Assembly: GCF_038134685.1 (NCBI RefSeq)
Contig: NZ_JAYPVP010000002.1
Coordinates: forward strand, 37,089 to 101,088
Direction: 5' to 3'
DNA from: Limnohabitans sp.
Lineage (GTDB): Bacteria; Pseudomonadota; Gammaproteobacteria; Burkholderiales; Burkholderiaceae_C
Length of the DNA: 64,000 nucleotides
Below, in pieces: positions 12,438 through 22,033 of the stretch. The translations under genes and the position numbers were made by a program. Numbering within the stretch: the stretch's first letter is position 1; each line of letters begins with the position of its first letter. A model generated the notes under the pieces. That model made no database searches. It was not told the DNA's origin and saw only the letters and a program-made list of their open reading frames with translations.

Positions 12438-12869
12438 TTAGTAAAGGCCGAACAGCTTGGCGCCCAGCACAGCGGTCAGACCCAGGCTCAGGGCGAGGGT
12501 GACCACGGCGGAAGACTTGCCAAATTCCTTGCTCACAGCATGGAACACGTCCATGTACAGGTGGCGAACGCCGGCAATGAAGTGGTGCAGATAAGCCCAG
12601 ATCAGGGCCAGGGTCACCAGCTTGACCAGCACGCCGGGCACAAAGCCCAAGCCCACATTGAAGGCGGCGCTGAAGCTGGCGAAGGAGATTTCGGAGCTGA
12701 CGGAGGTGTCGAACATCCAGATGATGAAGGGCATCAAGAGGAACATCAGGACACCGCTGACGCGGTGCAGGATCGATACCCAGCCTGCTGCGGGCAGGCG
12801 GTAGGTGGGCAGATCCTTCAGGGCATTGATGTTGCGGAACACGGGCCGCTTGCGTGCGATTTCAGTCAT
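12438..12869 (-). CDS. sdhC: succinate dehydrogenase cytochrome b556 subunit
   Basis: 143 aa, MTEIARKRPVFRNINALKDLPTYRLPAAGWVSILHRVSG...; first gene of the sdhCDAB block. Confidence 0.85.
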   Translation of the reverse strand: MTEIARKRPVFRNINALKDLPTYRLPAAGWVSILHRVSGVLMFLLMPFIIWMFDTSVSSEISFASFSAAFNVGLGFVPGVLVKLVTLALIWAYLHHFIAGVRHLYMDVFHAVSKEFGKSSAVVTLALSLGLTAVLGAKLFGLY

Positions 12870-12999
12870 GGTGGCACTTTCTGAGGGGTGGTAACGCGTT
12901 TGTAATTTTTGGGGACAAACGCACGGATTCTATTGCAATGCAACAAACTGACATGAGCATTTCAGAAGGTTGACTTTGCAGCGTGGAAAAACGTTTTTT

Positions 13000-13782
13000 T
13001 CAGCTCAGGGCATTGTGGTAATGGTGACTGTCAGTGCGGTACAGGCCGCGGCGCAGCTCCATGGGGGTGTCGTTGTAGGTGTAGGCCACACGCTCGACGC
13101 TCAGCAGCGGGGTGCCAGCGGGCACGGCCAGCAGGGCTTGTTGGCCCTCATCGGGCAACACGGCACGGATTTTTTCGTCAGCTCGCACCATGCGCACGCC
13201 AAATTCGGACTCGAACAGGCCGTACATGGGGCCGTGGTACTCGGCCAGGCGCTCGGCACTCAGGCCTTTGAAGGGGCCGCCGGGCAGCCACAGGTCTTCC
13301 AAAATGGTCGGCACACCCGCAAAGGCCAGCACGCGCCGCACCTGCACCACGGTGTCGCCCGAGCGCAGGGCCAGGGTGCGGGCAATTTCGGCGCTGGCGC
13401 GCAGACGGCGGCAATCCACGATGGTGCGCTGTGCCGGGCCTTCGCTGGACAGATCGCCACTGTCGGGCACAAGTTTGAGGAAGCGGTATTGAACGTGCTG
13501 TTCGGCATGGGTGGCCACAAAGGTGCCTTTGCCCTGGCGACGTACCAGCAGGTTGTCGCCAGCGAGCTCGTCAATGGCTTTGCGCACAGTACCCTGGCTG
13601 ACCCGGTAGCGGGCGGCCAGGTCCATCTCGCTGGGAATCGATTCGCCTGGCTTCCACTCTGCGGCTTGCAGGCTTTGCAGGATCAGCCCCTTGATCTGTT
13701 GGTACAGCGGGCTGAAGGCCGGCGCAGATGCGGTGTTTTCCGAGCTTGCTGTGAGTTCTGGAGGGGTGCTTTGCGTGTTCAT
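13000..13782 (-). CDS. GntR family transcriptional regulator (HutC/FarR subfamily, UTRA domain)
   Basis: Winged-helix motif IPSEMDLAARYRVSQGTVRKAIDELAGDNLLVRRQGKGTFV plus a UTRA-like C-terminal half. ORF starts at 13848. I prefer ATG 13782 because a -10-like TATGAT and an operator-like palindrome lie at 13828-13846. Start uncertain. Confidence 0.85.
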   Translation of the reverse strand: MNTQSTPPELTASSENTASAPAFSPLYQQIKGLILQSLQAAEWKPGESIPSEMDLAARYRVSQGTVRKAIDELAGDNLLVRRQGKGTFVATHAEQHVQYRFLKLVPDSGDLSSEGPAQRTIVDCRRLRASAEIARTLALRSGDTVVQVRRVLAFAGVPTILEDLWLPGGPFKGLSAERLAEYHGPMYGLFESEFGVRMVRADEKIRAVLPDEGQQALLAVPAGTPLLSVERVAYTYNDTPMELRRGLYRTDSHHYHNALS

Positions 13783-13833
13783 GGGCAACAAATGGGTGCA
13801 GGAGGTCAGCCCCCTGTCAGGGGTGCAATCATA

Positions 13834-13845
13834 TCTTATATAAGA
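13834..13845. promoter_or_regulatory. perfect 12-bp palindrome TCTTATATAAGA (candidate operator, copy 1)
   Basis: Lies in the GntR/mdh divergent region between TTGTCT (-35-like) and TATGAT (-10-like) on the minus strand. An identical 12-mer (15-mer including flanks) recurs at 24612-24623. Confidence 0.4.
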
Positions 13846-13935
13846 CATAAGACAAATTGACCTCTCAGGGTTTTCGCGGGTACACTCACGCGTTGTTTCT
13901 CTTTTCTGTTACCTCACACTTTTCTGGAGTTTTCT

Positions 13936-14922
13936 ATGAGCAAGAAGCCTGTCCGCGTTGCCGTTACCGGCGCAGCTGGTCAAATCGGTTACGCCCTGTT
14001 GTTCCGCATTGCCTCTGGCGAAATGCTGGGCAAGGACCAGCCCGTCATCCTGCAACTGCTGGAAATTCCTGACGAGAAAGCACAGAAAGCCCTCAAGGGC
14101 GTGATGATGGAACTCGAAGACTGCGCTTTCCCGTTGCTGGCCGGCATGGAAGCCCACTCTGACCCGATGACCGCCTTCAAGGACACCGACTACGCCCTGC
14201 TGGTGGGCTCGCGTCCGCGTGGCCCCGGCATGGAGCGTGCCGAGCTGCTGTCCATCAATGGCGCCATCTTCACCGCCCAGGGCAAGGCTCTGAACGCCGT
14301 GGCCAGCCGCGACGTCAAGGTGCTGGTGGTGGGCAACCCCGCCAACACCAACGCGTACATCGCCATGAAGTCGGCTCCCGACCTCAAGCCCGGCAACTTC
14401 ACCGCCATGCTGCGCCTGGACCACAACCGCGCTGCCTCGCAAATCGCCGCCAAGACCGGCAAGGCCGTCAAGGACATCGAGAAGCTGGCCGTGTGGGGCA
14501 ACCACTCGCCCACCATGTACGCTGACTACCGCTTCGCCACCATCAACGGCGAATCCGTCAAGGACATGATCAACGACCAGGTCTGGAACGAAACCGTCTT
14601 CCTGCCGACCGTCGGCAAGCGCGGCGCCGCCATCATCGAAGCCCGTGGCCTGAGCTCTGCTGCTTCGGCTGCCAACGCCGCCATCGACCACATGCGCGAC
14701 TGGGCCCTGGGCACCAATGGCAAGTGGGTCACCATGGGCATCCCTTCGCAAGGCTGGTATGGCATTCCCAAGGACGTCATGTTCGGCTTCCCCGTCACTT
14801 GCGAAAACGGCCAGTACAAGGTTGTCGAAGGCCTGTCCATCGATGCCTTCAGCCAGCAGTGCATTGACAAGACGCTCAAGGAACTGACTGACGAGCAAGC
14901 TGGCGTGGCCCACCTGCTCTGA
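13936..14922 (+). CDS. mdh: malate dehydrogenase
   Basis: 328 aa, [44 protein letters not shown]...; GGAG Shine-Dalgarno 8 nt upstream. Candidate promoter TTGACC-N18-TACACT at 13855-13884. Confidence 0.97.
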   Translation: MSKKPVRVAVTGAAGQIGYALLFRIASGEMLGKDQPVILQLLEIPDEKAQKALKGVMMELEDCAFPLLAGMEAHSDPMTAFKDTDYALLVGSRPRGPGMERAELLSINGAIFTAQGKALNAVASRDVKVLVVGNPANTNAYIAMKSAPDLKPGNFTAMLRLDHNRAASQIAAKTGKAVKDIEKLAVWGNHSPTMYADYRFATINGESVKDMINDQVWNETVFLPTVGKRGAAIIEARGLSSAASAANAAIDHMRDWALGTNGKWVTMGIPSQGWYGIPKDVMFGFPVTCENGQYKVVEGLSIDAFSQQCIDKTLKELTDEQAGVAHLL

Positions 14923-14934
14923 TAGGTCGCTTGC

Positions 14935-15906
14935 ATGCATCCGCGTGACGTGTTGTTAGGGGCGCAAGCCGGTAGCGAGCAGCTGCCGGTGTGTGACCAT
15001 TACAGCGGCGTCGAAGCGCGGATGCGCAAAAGCCTGCAACTGCAGGCCGAGATGACGCAGGAATACGGCACCTGTGTCTTCGATGTCACCCTCGATTGCG
15101 AGGATGGCGCCCCGGTGGGCGGCGAGGCGGAACACGCCGCGCTGGTCACCGAGCTGGCGCTGGCCGCAGCACCAGACGCTCGCGTTGCGGTGCGGGTCCA
15201 CCCGGTGGATCACCCCTCTTTTGATGCCGACGTGGCCCAGATTGCAGGTCGCGCTGGTCACCGCCTGGTGCACATCATGGTGCCCAAGGTGGAATCGGTG
15301 CGAGATGTGGAGCGCGCTGCTGCAGCGCTCGATGCCGCTGGTGCCACAGCCCTGCCGCTGCAGGTGCTGATCGAGTCCCCCGCCGCCGTGCACCGTACTT
15401 TTGATATTGCAGCCCACCCCCGCGTGCAGTCGCTCAGTTTTGGGTTGATGGACTTTGTGTCGGCCCATGGCGGTGCGATTCCATCGGACGGCATGGCAGC
15501 GCAAGGGCAATTCACCCACCCGCTGGTGGTGCGTGCCAAGCTCGACATTGCCAGCGCCTGCCACGCTCACGGCAAAGTGCCGTCGCACTGTGTAGTGACC
15601 GAGTTCAACAACACGGACGCCATGCGCGAAGCCGCCCGCAAAGCTGCACGCGAGTTTGGTTACACCCGCATGTGGAGCATCCACCCGGCGCAGATTCGCC
15701 CCATTCTGGAGGCGATGGCCCCCACCGAAGCCGAAATCGAGCGCGCCAGCGACATCATTGCTGCAGCGCACGCTGCGCAGTGGGCACCCATCAGCCATGC
15801 CGGTCAATTGCACGACCGCGCCAGCTACCGATTTTTCTGGCAGGTGCTCGAACGTGCGCACCAGACAGGACGCAGTCTGCCATCTGCCACTCAGACCTTT
15901 TTTTAG
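14935..15906 (+). CDS. HpcH/HpaI aldolase / citrate lyase beta (CitE)-like family protein
   Basis: 323 aa. ...[14 protein letters not shown]..., ...LIESPAAV..., ...[11 protein letters not shown]... resemble CitE/malyl-CoA-lyase-type enzymes. 12 nt after mdh and 15 nt before acnB. Confidence 0.8.
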   Translation: MHPRDVLLGAQAGSEQLPVCDHYSGVEARMRKSLQLQAEMTQEYGTCVFDVTLDCEDGAPVGGEAEHAALVTELALAAAPDARVAVRVHPVDHPSFDADVAQIAGRAGHRLVHIMVPKVESVRDVERAAAALDAAGATALPLQVLIESPAAVHRTFDIAAHPRVQSLSFGLMDFVSAHGGAIPSDGMAAQGQFTHPLVVRAKLDIASACHAHGKVPSHCVVTEFNNTDAMREAARKAAREFGYTRMWSIHPAQIRPILEAMAPTEAEIERASDIIAAAHAAQWAPISHAGQLHDRASYRFFWQVLERAHQTGRSLPSATQTFF

Positions 15907-15921
15907 ACAGGAGAACGTACC

Positions 15922-18513
15922 ATGTTGCAAGCCTACCGTGAACACGTCGCCGAACGCGCGGCACTCGGCATTCCACCGCTGGCGCTTGACGCCAAGCAAG
16001 TGGAAGCTCTTATCGAGCTGATCAAGAACCCGCCCGCAGGCGAAGACGCATTCCTGATGGATCTGCTCACCCACCGCGTGCCGCCGGGCGTGGACGATGC
16101 CGCCAAAGTCAAGGCCTCTTTCCTGGCTGCGGTTGCCCATGGCGACATCAAAGTGGGTCTGGTCTCCAAGGCCAAGGCCACCGAGCTGCTGGGCACTATG
16201 GTCGGCGGCTACAACGTGCACCCCCTGATCGAACTGCTGGACGACGCTGAAGTCGCCGGCATCGCCGCTGAAGGTCTGAAAAAGACCCTGCTGATGTTCG
16301 ATTACTTCAACGACGTCGCCACCAAGGCCAAGGCCGGCAACGCCAAGGCCAAGGAAGTCATGCAGAGCTGGGCCGACGCCGAGTGGTTCACCACCCGTCC
16401 CGAAGTGCCCAAGTCCATCACCGTGACCGTGTTCAAGGTGCCTGGCGAAACCAACACCGACGACTTGTCGCCCGCGCCCGACGCCACCACCCGTCCTGAC
16501 ATCCCCATGCACTACCTGGCGATGCTCAAGAACACCCGTCCCGACGCGGCCTTCAAGCCTGAAAAAGACGGCGTTCGCGGCCCCATCCAGTACATTGAAG
16601 ACCTCAAGAAAAAGGGCAACCTCGTGGCCTACGTGGGCGACGTGGTCGGCACCGGTTCTTCGCGCAAGTCCGCCACTAACAGCGTGATCTGGGCCACGGG
16701 CCAGGACATCCCCTTCGTGCCGAACAAGCGCTTTGGCGGTGTGACCCTGGGCGGCAAGATCGCTCCCATCTTCTTCAACACGCAAGAAGACTCCGGCTCC
16801 CTGCCGATCGAAGTGGACGTCTCCAAACTCGAGATGGGTGACGTGATCGAAGTGCTGCCCTACGACGGCAAGATCACCAAAAACGGCGCTGAAGTCGCTG
16901 CCTTTACGCTCAAGTCGCAAGTGTTGCTCGACGAAGTGCGCGCTGGTGGCCGTATCAACCTGATCATTGGACGTTCGCTGACCGCCAAGGCCCGCGAATT
17001 CCTGGGTCTGCCTGCTTCTACCCTGTTCCGTCTGCCCCAGGCGCCTGCCGCCAGCAAGGCCGGCTTCACCCTGGCCCAGAAGATGGTCGGCCGCGCCTGC
17101 GGTCTGCCTGAAGGCCAGGGCGTGCGTCCGGGCACCTACTGTGAACCCAAGATGACCACCGTGGGCTCGCAAGACACCACTGGCCCGATGACCCGCGACG
17201 AGCTCAAAGACCTGGCTTGCCTGGGCTTCAGCGCTGACATGGTGATGCAGTCCTTCTGCCACACCGCTGCTTACCCGAAGCCGGTGGACGTGAAAATGCA
17301 CCGCGAACTGCCCAAGTTCATCTCTAACCGTGGTGGCGTGGCCCTGCGCCCGGGCGACGGCGTTATCCACAGCTGGCTCAACCGCCTGCTCTTGCCCGAC
17401 ACCGTGGGCACCGGCGGTGACTCGCACACCCGTTTCCCGATTGGTATTTCCTTCCCCGCGGGCTCCGGCCTGGTGGCTTTCGGCGCTGCCACTGGCGTGA
17501 TGCCGCTGGACATGCCCGAATCCGTGCTGGTGCGCTTCAAGGGCCAGATGCAGCCTGGTATCACCCTGCGCGACCTGGTGCACGCCATTCCGCTGTACGC
17601 CATCAAGGCGGGTCTGCTGACTGTGGAGAAGGCCGGCAAGAAGAACGTGTTCTCGGGCCGCGTGCTCGAAATCGAAGGCCTGCCCGACCTAAAGGTGGAG
17701 CAAGCGTTCGAACTGTCTGATGCCGCTGCCGAGCGCTCTGCCGCTGCTTGTGCCATCCAGCTCAACCCCGAGCCGATCGCCGAGTACCTGCGTTCCAACA
17801 TCGTTCTGATGAAGAACATGATCGCCAACGGCTACGAAGACGCCAAGACCCTGGCCCGCCGCATCGAGAAAGTCGAAGCCTGGCTGGCCAAGCCCGAGCT
17901 GCTCAAGGCCGACAAGGATGCCGAATACGCTGCCGTGATCGAGATCGACCTGGCCGACATCAAGGAGCCGATCGTCTGCTGCCCCAACGACCCCGATGAC
18001 GCCAAGTTCATGTCCGAAGTGTCCGGTACCAAGATCGACGAAGTGTTCGTCGGCTCTTGTATGACCAACATCGGCCACTTCCGCGCTGCGGGCAAGATTC
18101 TGGAAGGCAAGAAAGACATCCCGGTGCGCCTGTGGGTGGCCCCGCCGACCAAGATGGACGCAGCCGAGTTGACCAAGGAAGGCTACTACGCCACCCTGGG
18201 CGGTGCGGGCGCCCGCATGGAAATGCCCGGCTGCTCGCTGTGCATGGGCAACCAGGCCCAGATCAAGGAAGGCTCGACCGCCATGTCCACCTCGACCCGC
18301 AACTTCCCCAACCGTCTGGGCAAGAACACCAATGTGTTCCTGGGCTCGGCCGAACTGGCGGCGGTGTGCTCCAAGCTGGGCCGCATCCCTTCTGTCGAAG
18401 AGTACATGGCCGAGATCGGTGTTGTCACCAAGAACGCCGACAAGATCTACAAGTACATGAACTTCGACCAGATCGAAGAGTACGCAGAGACTGCCAAAAG
18501 CGTGACCCTCTGA
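15922..18513 (+). CDS. acnB: bifunctional aconitate hydratase 2 / 2-methylisocitrate dehydratase
   Basis: 863 aa. AcnB-type N-terminus [38 protein letters not shown]. Fe-S ligand regions GSCMTNIGH and [10 protein letters not shown]. Confidence 0.97.
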   Translation: MLQAYREHVAERAALGIPPLALDAKQVEALIELIKNPPAGEDAFLMDLLTHRVPPGVDDAAKVKASFLAAVAHGDIKVGLVSKAKATELLGTMVGGYNVHPLIELLDDAEVAGIAAEGLKKTLLMFDYFNDVATKAKAGNAKAKEVMQSWADAEWFTTRPEVPKSITVTVFKVPGETNTDDLSPAPDATTRPDIPMHYLAMLKNTRPDAAFKPEKDGVRGPIQYIEDLKKKGNLVAYVGDVVGTGSSRKSATNSVIWATGQDIPFVPNKRFGGVTLGGKIAPIFFNTQEDSGSLPIEVDVSKLEMGDVIEVLPYDGKITKNGAEVAAFTLKSQVLLDEVRAGGRINLIIGRSLTAKAREFLGLPASTLFRLPQAPAASKAGFTLAQKMVGRACGLPEGQGVRPGTYCEPKMTTVGSQDTTGPMTRDELKDLACLGFSADMVMQSFCHTAAYPKPVDVKMHRELPKFISNRGGVALRPGDGVIHSWLNRLLLPDTVGTGGDSHTRFPIGISFPAGSGLVAFGAATGVMPLDMPESVLVRFKGQMQPGITLRDLVHAIPLYAIKAGLLTVEKAGKKNVFSGRVLEIEGLPDLKVEQAFELSDAAAERSAAACAIQLNPEPIAEYLRSNIVLMKNMIANGYEDAKTLARRIEKVEAWLAKPELLKADKDAEYAAVIEIDLADIKEPIVCCPNDPDDAKFMSEVSGTKIDEVFVGSCMTNIGHFRAAGKILEGKKDIPVRLWVAPPTKMDAAELTKEGYYATLGGAGARMEMPGCSLCMGNQAQIKEGSTAMSTSTRNFPNRLGKNTNVFLGSAELAAVCSKLGRIPSVEEYMAEIGVVTKNADKIYKYMNFDQIEEYAETAKSVTL

Positions 18514-18536
18514 ACTTGAGAGGCTGAAAAGCGAAA

Positions 18537-18571
18537 CCCCCGCCAGCGTAAGCTGGCGGGGGTTTTTATTT
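18537..18571 (+). terminator. intrinsic terminator after acnB
   Basis: CCCCCGCCAGC-gtaa-GCTGGCGGGGG followed by TTTTTATTT. Confidence 0.8.
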
Positions 18572-18613
18572 AGAGTCGTCATTGCGAGGAGTGCAGTGAC
18601 GAAGCTACCTTGT

Positions 18614-19327
18614 TCAGTAACGGAAATCCAGGTTGTTGCACTCTTCGCACTCTTCTTTCACCAGCCCCAGCTTGGCGGCGATCGAGTGCAATTTGCAACC
18701 CATACAAAAGCCTAGAACGGTTTCAAGCCACATGAAGCCCAGACAGGTCCAAACCAGGGTCACTGGAATCCAGCGCGGCATGTAGTTATAAGTTGTAGGC
18801 AGTACTTCGCTGCGCAGCAGGGTGTTGACCCAACCGGCAAATGTGTCCGGATTGAAGAAGATCAGACAGGCAATGATGAAGCTTGAACCCAAGGTCCAGG
18901 CAAAGCGCTTGGGCACCAGTGGCTTCCAGTAGGGACGGTGGCTCTTGGCCAGGAAGCTGGCCATCAAAATCGTCGGCGATAGGCGAGAAGTGGTCACAAA
19001 CAGGCCGGACAGCATTTCGAACAGGGCATAAAACAAGACCCAGGTCTGCGTCGTGTAATCGTAGGTACGACGTACGGCTTCGACATGGTAGAGAATGCGG
19101 CCGTCAAAGTCCGTGTCAAACGTGTCCTTGATCATGTTGCCCGTGATTTCCCAGTGTGAGCCAAAGACCACGTCAAACAAGGTCAGGCCCATCATGATGG
19201 GAATGATCATCAAGATGCCTGCGCGGATGCGCACGGCGGTGTCGTTGATGAAGATGCTGTCTTCCTGTGTGTCGCGAAACCAGAGGTTGCGAACCGTGGT
19301 GCGGACTTCGTTAAGGTTCCAGGCCAT
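18614..19327 (-). CDS. multi-pass membrane protein, DUF4395-like, with C-terminal CMGC...CEEC motifs
   Basis: 237 aa, several hydrophobic segments. C-terminus VLGFCMGCKLHSIAAKLGLVKEECEECNNLDFRY. Family name comes from memory of DUF4395 architecture and is not verified. Lower GC than its neighbours by eye. Confidence 0.6.
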   Translation of the reverse strand: MAWNLNEVRTTVRNLWFRDTQEDSIFINDTAVRIRAGILMIIPIMMGLTLFDVVFGSHWEITGNMIKDTFDTDFDGRILYHVEAVRRTYDYTTQTWVLFYALFEMLSGLFVTTSRLSPTILMASFLAKSHRPYWKPLVPKRFAWTLGSSFIIACLIFFNPDTFAGWVNTLLRSEVLPTTYNYMPRWIPVTLVWTCLGFMWLETVLGFCMGCKLHSIAAKLGLVKEECEECNNLDFRY

Positions 19328-19410
19328 GTTTTGTCTCCCGGGGGAAAACCGAAATTGACGGGGTCAATGAAGACAAAACTATACTCCTTTTACCCCTGGG
19401 GGTAAATGAT

Positions 19411-20778
19411 TCAGAACATGCGTGCGATCAACGCGCCATCTGCCGGGCCATCCATGGGAATCAAAACACGCAGCGGGCTGCCCGAAGCCACTTCGATGGT
19501 GTGGCCATCCATGTTTTTCATCTGGGTCAGCTGTACTTTGCGGTTGCCGCTGGGGTGAATGATTTCCAGCGTATCGCCCACCGCAAAGCGGTTTTTGGTT
19601 TCCACCTCTACCCAACCCTCGCGGACGCTGCGCACCTCGCCGACAAACTGACTGCGGTGGCCCACCGAATGGCCGGTTTCGTAGTTCTGGTAACTCTGCG
19701 CGGGACGGCGCTCCAGAAAACCGGTGGTGTAACCCCGGTGGGCCAGGCCATCGAGCTCGCTGATGAGTTCGGGGTTGAAGGGGCGGCCAGCTACGGCATC
19801 GTCAATCGCGCGGCGGTACACCTGTGCGGTGCGGCTCACGTAATACAGGCTCTTGGTGCGGCCTTCGATCTTGAGCGAGTCCACACCAATTTTGACCAGG
19901 CGCTCAATCAACTCGACTGCGCGCAGGTCCTTGCTGTTCATGATGTAGGTGCCGTGCTCGTCTTCCATGATGGGCATGAGCTCGCCAGGGCGGTTGGCTT
20001 CTTCGATCAAATACACCTTGTCCGCGGCCGGGTGGCGCTGGCCATCGCCGCAGGACGAAAATGCCTTGTCGGCGGTTTCCTGTTCGCTGGCAAAGTTGAA
20101 GTCGCCTTCCATCTTGACGGGCAGCACTTCGCCGCTGTCGGTCTGGTCGGTGGCTTCGCTGGTGGCGTAGTTCCAGCGGCAGGCGTTGGTGCAGGTGCCC
20201 TGGTTGGGGTCGCGGCGGTTGAAGTAGCCCGACAACAGGCAGCGGCCCGAGTAGGCAATGCACAGCGCACCGTGCACGAACACTTCAATTTCCATGTCCG
20301 GACATTCCTGGCGGATTTTTTCCACCTCGTCCAAACTCAGCTCGCGGCTCAAAATAATGCGGCTCACGCCCATCTTCTGCCAGAACTTCACCGTGGCCCA
20401 GTTGGTGGTGTTCGCCTGCACCGAGAGGTGGATCGGTACGTCAGGCCACTTGTCGTGCACCATCATCATTAGACCGGGGTCGGCCATGATCAGGGCATCT
20501 GGCTTCATCTCGATCACGGGTTCAATGTCGCGCAGGTAAGTGCGCACCTTGTCGTTGTGCGCAATCAGGTTGCTGGTGACAAAAAATTTCTTGCCCAAGG
20601 CGTGTGCTTCAGAAATGCCTTGGGCCAGTTGTTCCAGTCGGAATTCGTTGTTACGGGCACGCAGGCTGTAGCGCGGCTGGCCGGCGTAGATGGCGTCGGC
20701 ACCAAAAGCATAGGCGGCGCGCATTTTGTCCAGCGAGCCGGCAGGCAGCAAAAGTTCGGGGGCTTTGATCGAGGTCAT
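19411..20778 (-). CDS. yegQ: peptidase U32 family protein, YegQ/TrhP-like (tRNA U34 hydroxylation)
   Basis: ORF 19411..20871; start moved to ATG 20778 (MTSIKAPELLLPAGSLDKMRAAYAFGADAIYAGQPRYSLRARNNEF), which parallels the E. coli YegQ N-terminus. Confidence 0.85.
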   Translation of the reverse strand: MTSIKAPELLLPAGSLDKMRAAYAFGADAIYAGQPRYSLRARNNEFRLEQLAQGISEAHALGKKFFVTSNLIAHNDKVRTYLRDIEPVIEMKPDALIMADPGLMMMVHDKWPDVPIHLSVQANTTNWATVKFWQKMGVSRIILSRELSLDEVEKIRQECPDMEIEVFVHGALCIAYSGRCLLSGYFNRRDPNQGTCTNACRWNYATSEATDQTDSGEVLPVKMEGDFNFASEQETADKAFSSCGDGQRHPAADKVYLIEEANRPGELMPIMEDEHGTYIMNSKDLRAVELIERLVKIGVDSLKIEGRTKSLYYVSRTAQVYRRAIDDAVAGRPFNPELISELDGLAHRGYTTGFLERRPAQSYQNYETGHSVGHRSQFVGEVRSVREGWVEVETKNRFAVGDTLEIIHPSGNRKVQLTQMKNMDGHTIEVASGSPLRVLIPMDGPADGALIARMF

Positions 20779-20833
20779 GCCCGTATTGTCCGATGTTTGG
20801 CTCCGCTTGGCATGCAGCAGGCACAATGGGCCC

Positions 20834-22021
20834 ATGGTGAAGACAGACATGGTGATTGCAGGCGCAGGCATTGGCGGGCTGGCTGCCGCGTTGGCACTGG
20901 CGCGTCAGGGGCAGGCGGTGCAGGTGCTCGAGCGTGCCGAGGCGTTTTTCGAGGTGGGGGCGGGCATTCAAATTGGGCCCAATGTCACGCGCATTTTGCA
21001 AGCCTGGGGTTTGAAAGACGCTTTGCATGCCGTGGCGGCATTCCCCAAACGCCTGCAGGCGCGCGATGCACGCAGTGGTCGTGTCGTGGGCGAGCTGCCT
21101 TTGGGCGAGCGCACGCAAGCCGTTTATGGCGCACCCTATGCCAGCATTCACCGCGCCGACCTGCATGCTTTGTTGGCCAAGGCTGCTTTGGGTGCAGGTG
21201 CCAGGATGTTCCTGGGACATCAACTACAGCAGGTGCTGCAAACCTGCGATGGCGTGCAAGTGCAAGGCGTACGTGCCGACGGCTCGGCCTGGCAAATGCA
21301 CAGCCCCGCGCTACTGGGGGCCGATGGCCTTTGGGGCCTGACCCGACAAGCCATGGGACTCTTGGAGGAGCCGCGCTTTTCGGGGCAACTGGCCTACCGT
21401 GCCTTGGTTCCGCAAGCGGACTTGCCCGCGCATTTGCGTACCGACCAGGTGACGGTCTGGATGGGTCCTAAAGTTCATGTGGTGCACTACCCGGTGCAGG
21501 CAGGGCAAGGGCAAAACATCGTGGCCATTGTGCATGGCGCCAAACCGCAAAACCCGCAAGACTGGGACCAGGCAGCCGTGCAACAAGGTCTGAGGACGGG
21601 TTTGGGCGTTGTCTGTTCATCTCTGCGTGAGCGTTTGGAAGCAGTGCCGAGCTGGCGCTTGTGGGCTTTGCACGACCGCCCACCGTTGATCAGTGCAACC
21701 CAAATGGCGCAAGGTCGCCTGGCCTTGCTGGGCGATGCCGCACACCCCATGCGACCATACCTAGCACAGGGCGCGGGCATGGCCATTGAAGATGCATACG
21801 CCCTGGCCCAATGCTGGTCGCAGGGCGAGCCTGTTGAACAACGGTTGGCGCACTACGCCAGCCAGCGCTGGGCGCGCAATGCACGGGTGCAAGCGCGATC
21901 CATTCGAAATGGCGAAATCTTTCATGCCCAAGGGCCCATGGCACTGGGGCGTAATCTGTCGTTACAGTTGCTGGGCGATCGTCTGATGGATGTGCCCTGG
22001 CTGTACGGGCACCAGGGTTAG
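20834..22021 (+). CDS. FAD-dependent monooxygenase (salicylate/3-hydroxybenzoate hydroxylase-like)
   Basis: ORF 20726..22021; start moved to ATG 20834 (MVKTDMVIAGAGIGGLAAALALARQG, GxGxxG). LLGDAAHPMRPYLAQGAGMAIEDA FAD fingerprint. Confidence 0.85.
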   Translation: MVKTDMVIAGAGIGGLAAALALARQGQAVQVLERAEAFFEVGAGIQIGPNVTRILQAWGLKDALHAVAAFPKRLQARDARSGRVVGELPLGERTQAVYGAPYASIHRADLHALLAKAALGAGARMFLGHQLQQVLQTCDGVQVQGVRADGSAWQMHSPALLGADGLWGLTRQAMGLLEEPRFSGQLAYRALVPQADLPAHLRTDQVTVWMGPKVHVVHYPVQAGQGQNIVAIVHGAKPQNPQDWDQAAVQQGLRTGLGVVCSSLRERLEAVPSWRLWALHDRPPLISATQMAQGRLALLGDAAHPMRPYLAQGAGMAIEDAYALAQCWSQGEPVEQRLAHYASQRWARNARVQARSIRNGEIFHAQGPMALGRNLSLQLLGDRLMDVPWLYGHQG

Positions 22022-22033
22022 AAGGCAAAGGCT

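Noticed and set aside
12797-12804. GGCGGTAG (core of the RfaH ops element) on the plus strand
   Set aside because: It lies inside sdhC, antisense to the coding strand. The following bases (GTGG) do not complete the ops consensus, and no operon leader is nearby. A second occurrence on the minus strand inside rpsP (about 37729-37736) is likewise intragenic and antisense.
17363-17371. Perfect DnaA box TTATCCACA
   Set aside because: It is a single isolated copy inside acnB coding sequence, with no cluster of boxes or AT-rich unwinding element. Chance occurrence.
14956-17583. 875-aa ORF on the minus strand spanning the CitE-like gene and most of acnB
   Set aside because: It is antisense to two genes with unmistakable conserved products. 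Its translation is Gly/Ala/Val/His/Arg-rich with no recognisable motifs, which is the typical stop-poor shadow frame of GC-rich coding DNA.
18575-18612. GTCGTCATTGCGAGGAGTGCAGTGACGAAG segment after the acnB terminator, reminiscent of short interspersed repeat units seen in other genomes
   Set aside because: There is only one copy in the window (a vague partial echo, TTATTGCGAGCG, at about 49033), and only a 6-bp inverted repeat (TCGTCA/TGACGA). I cannot establish that it is repetitive without the whole genome.
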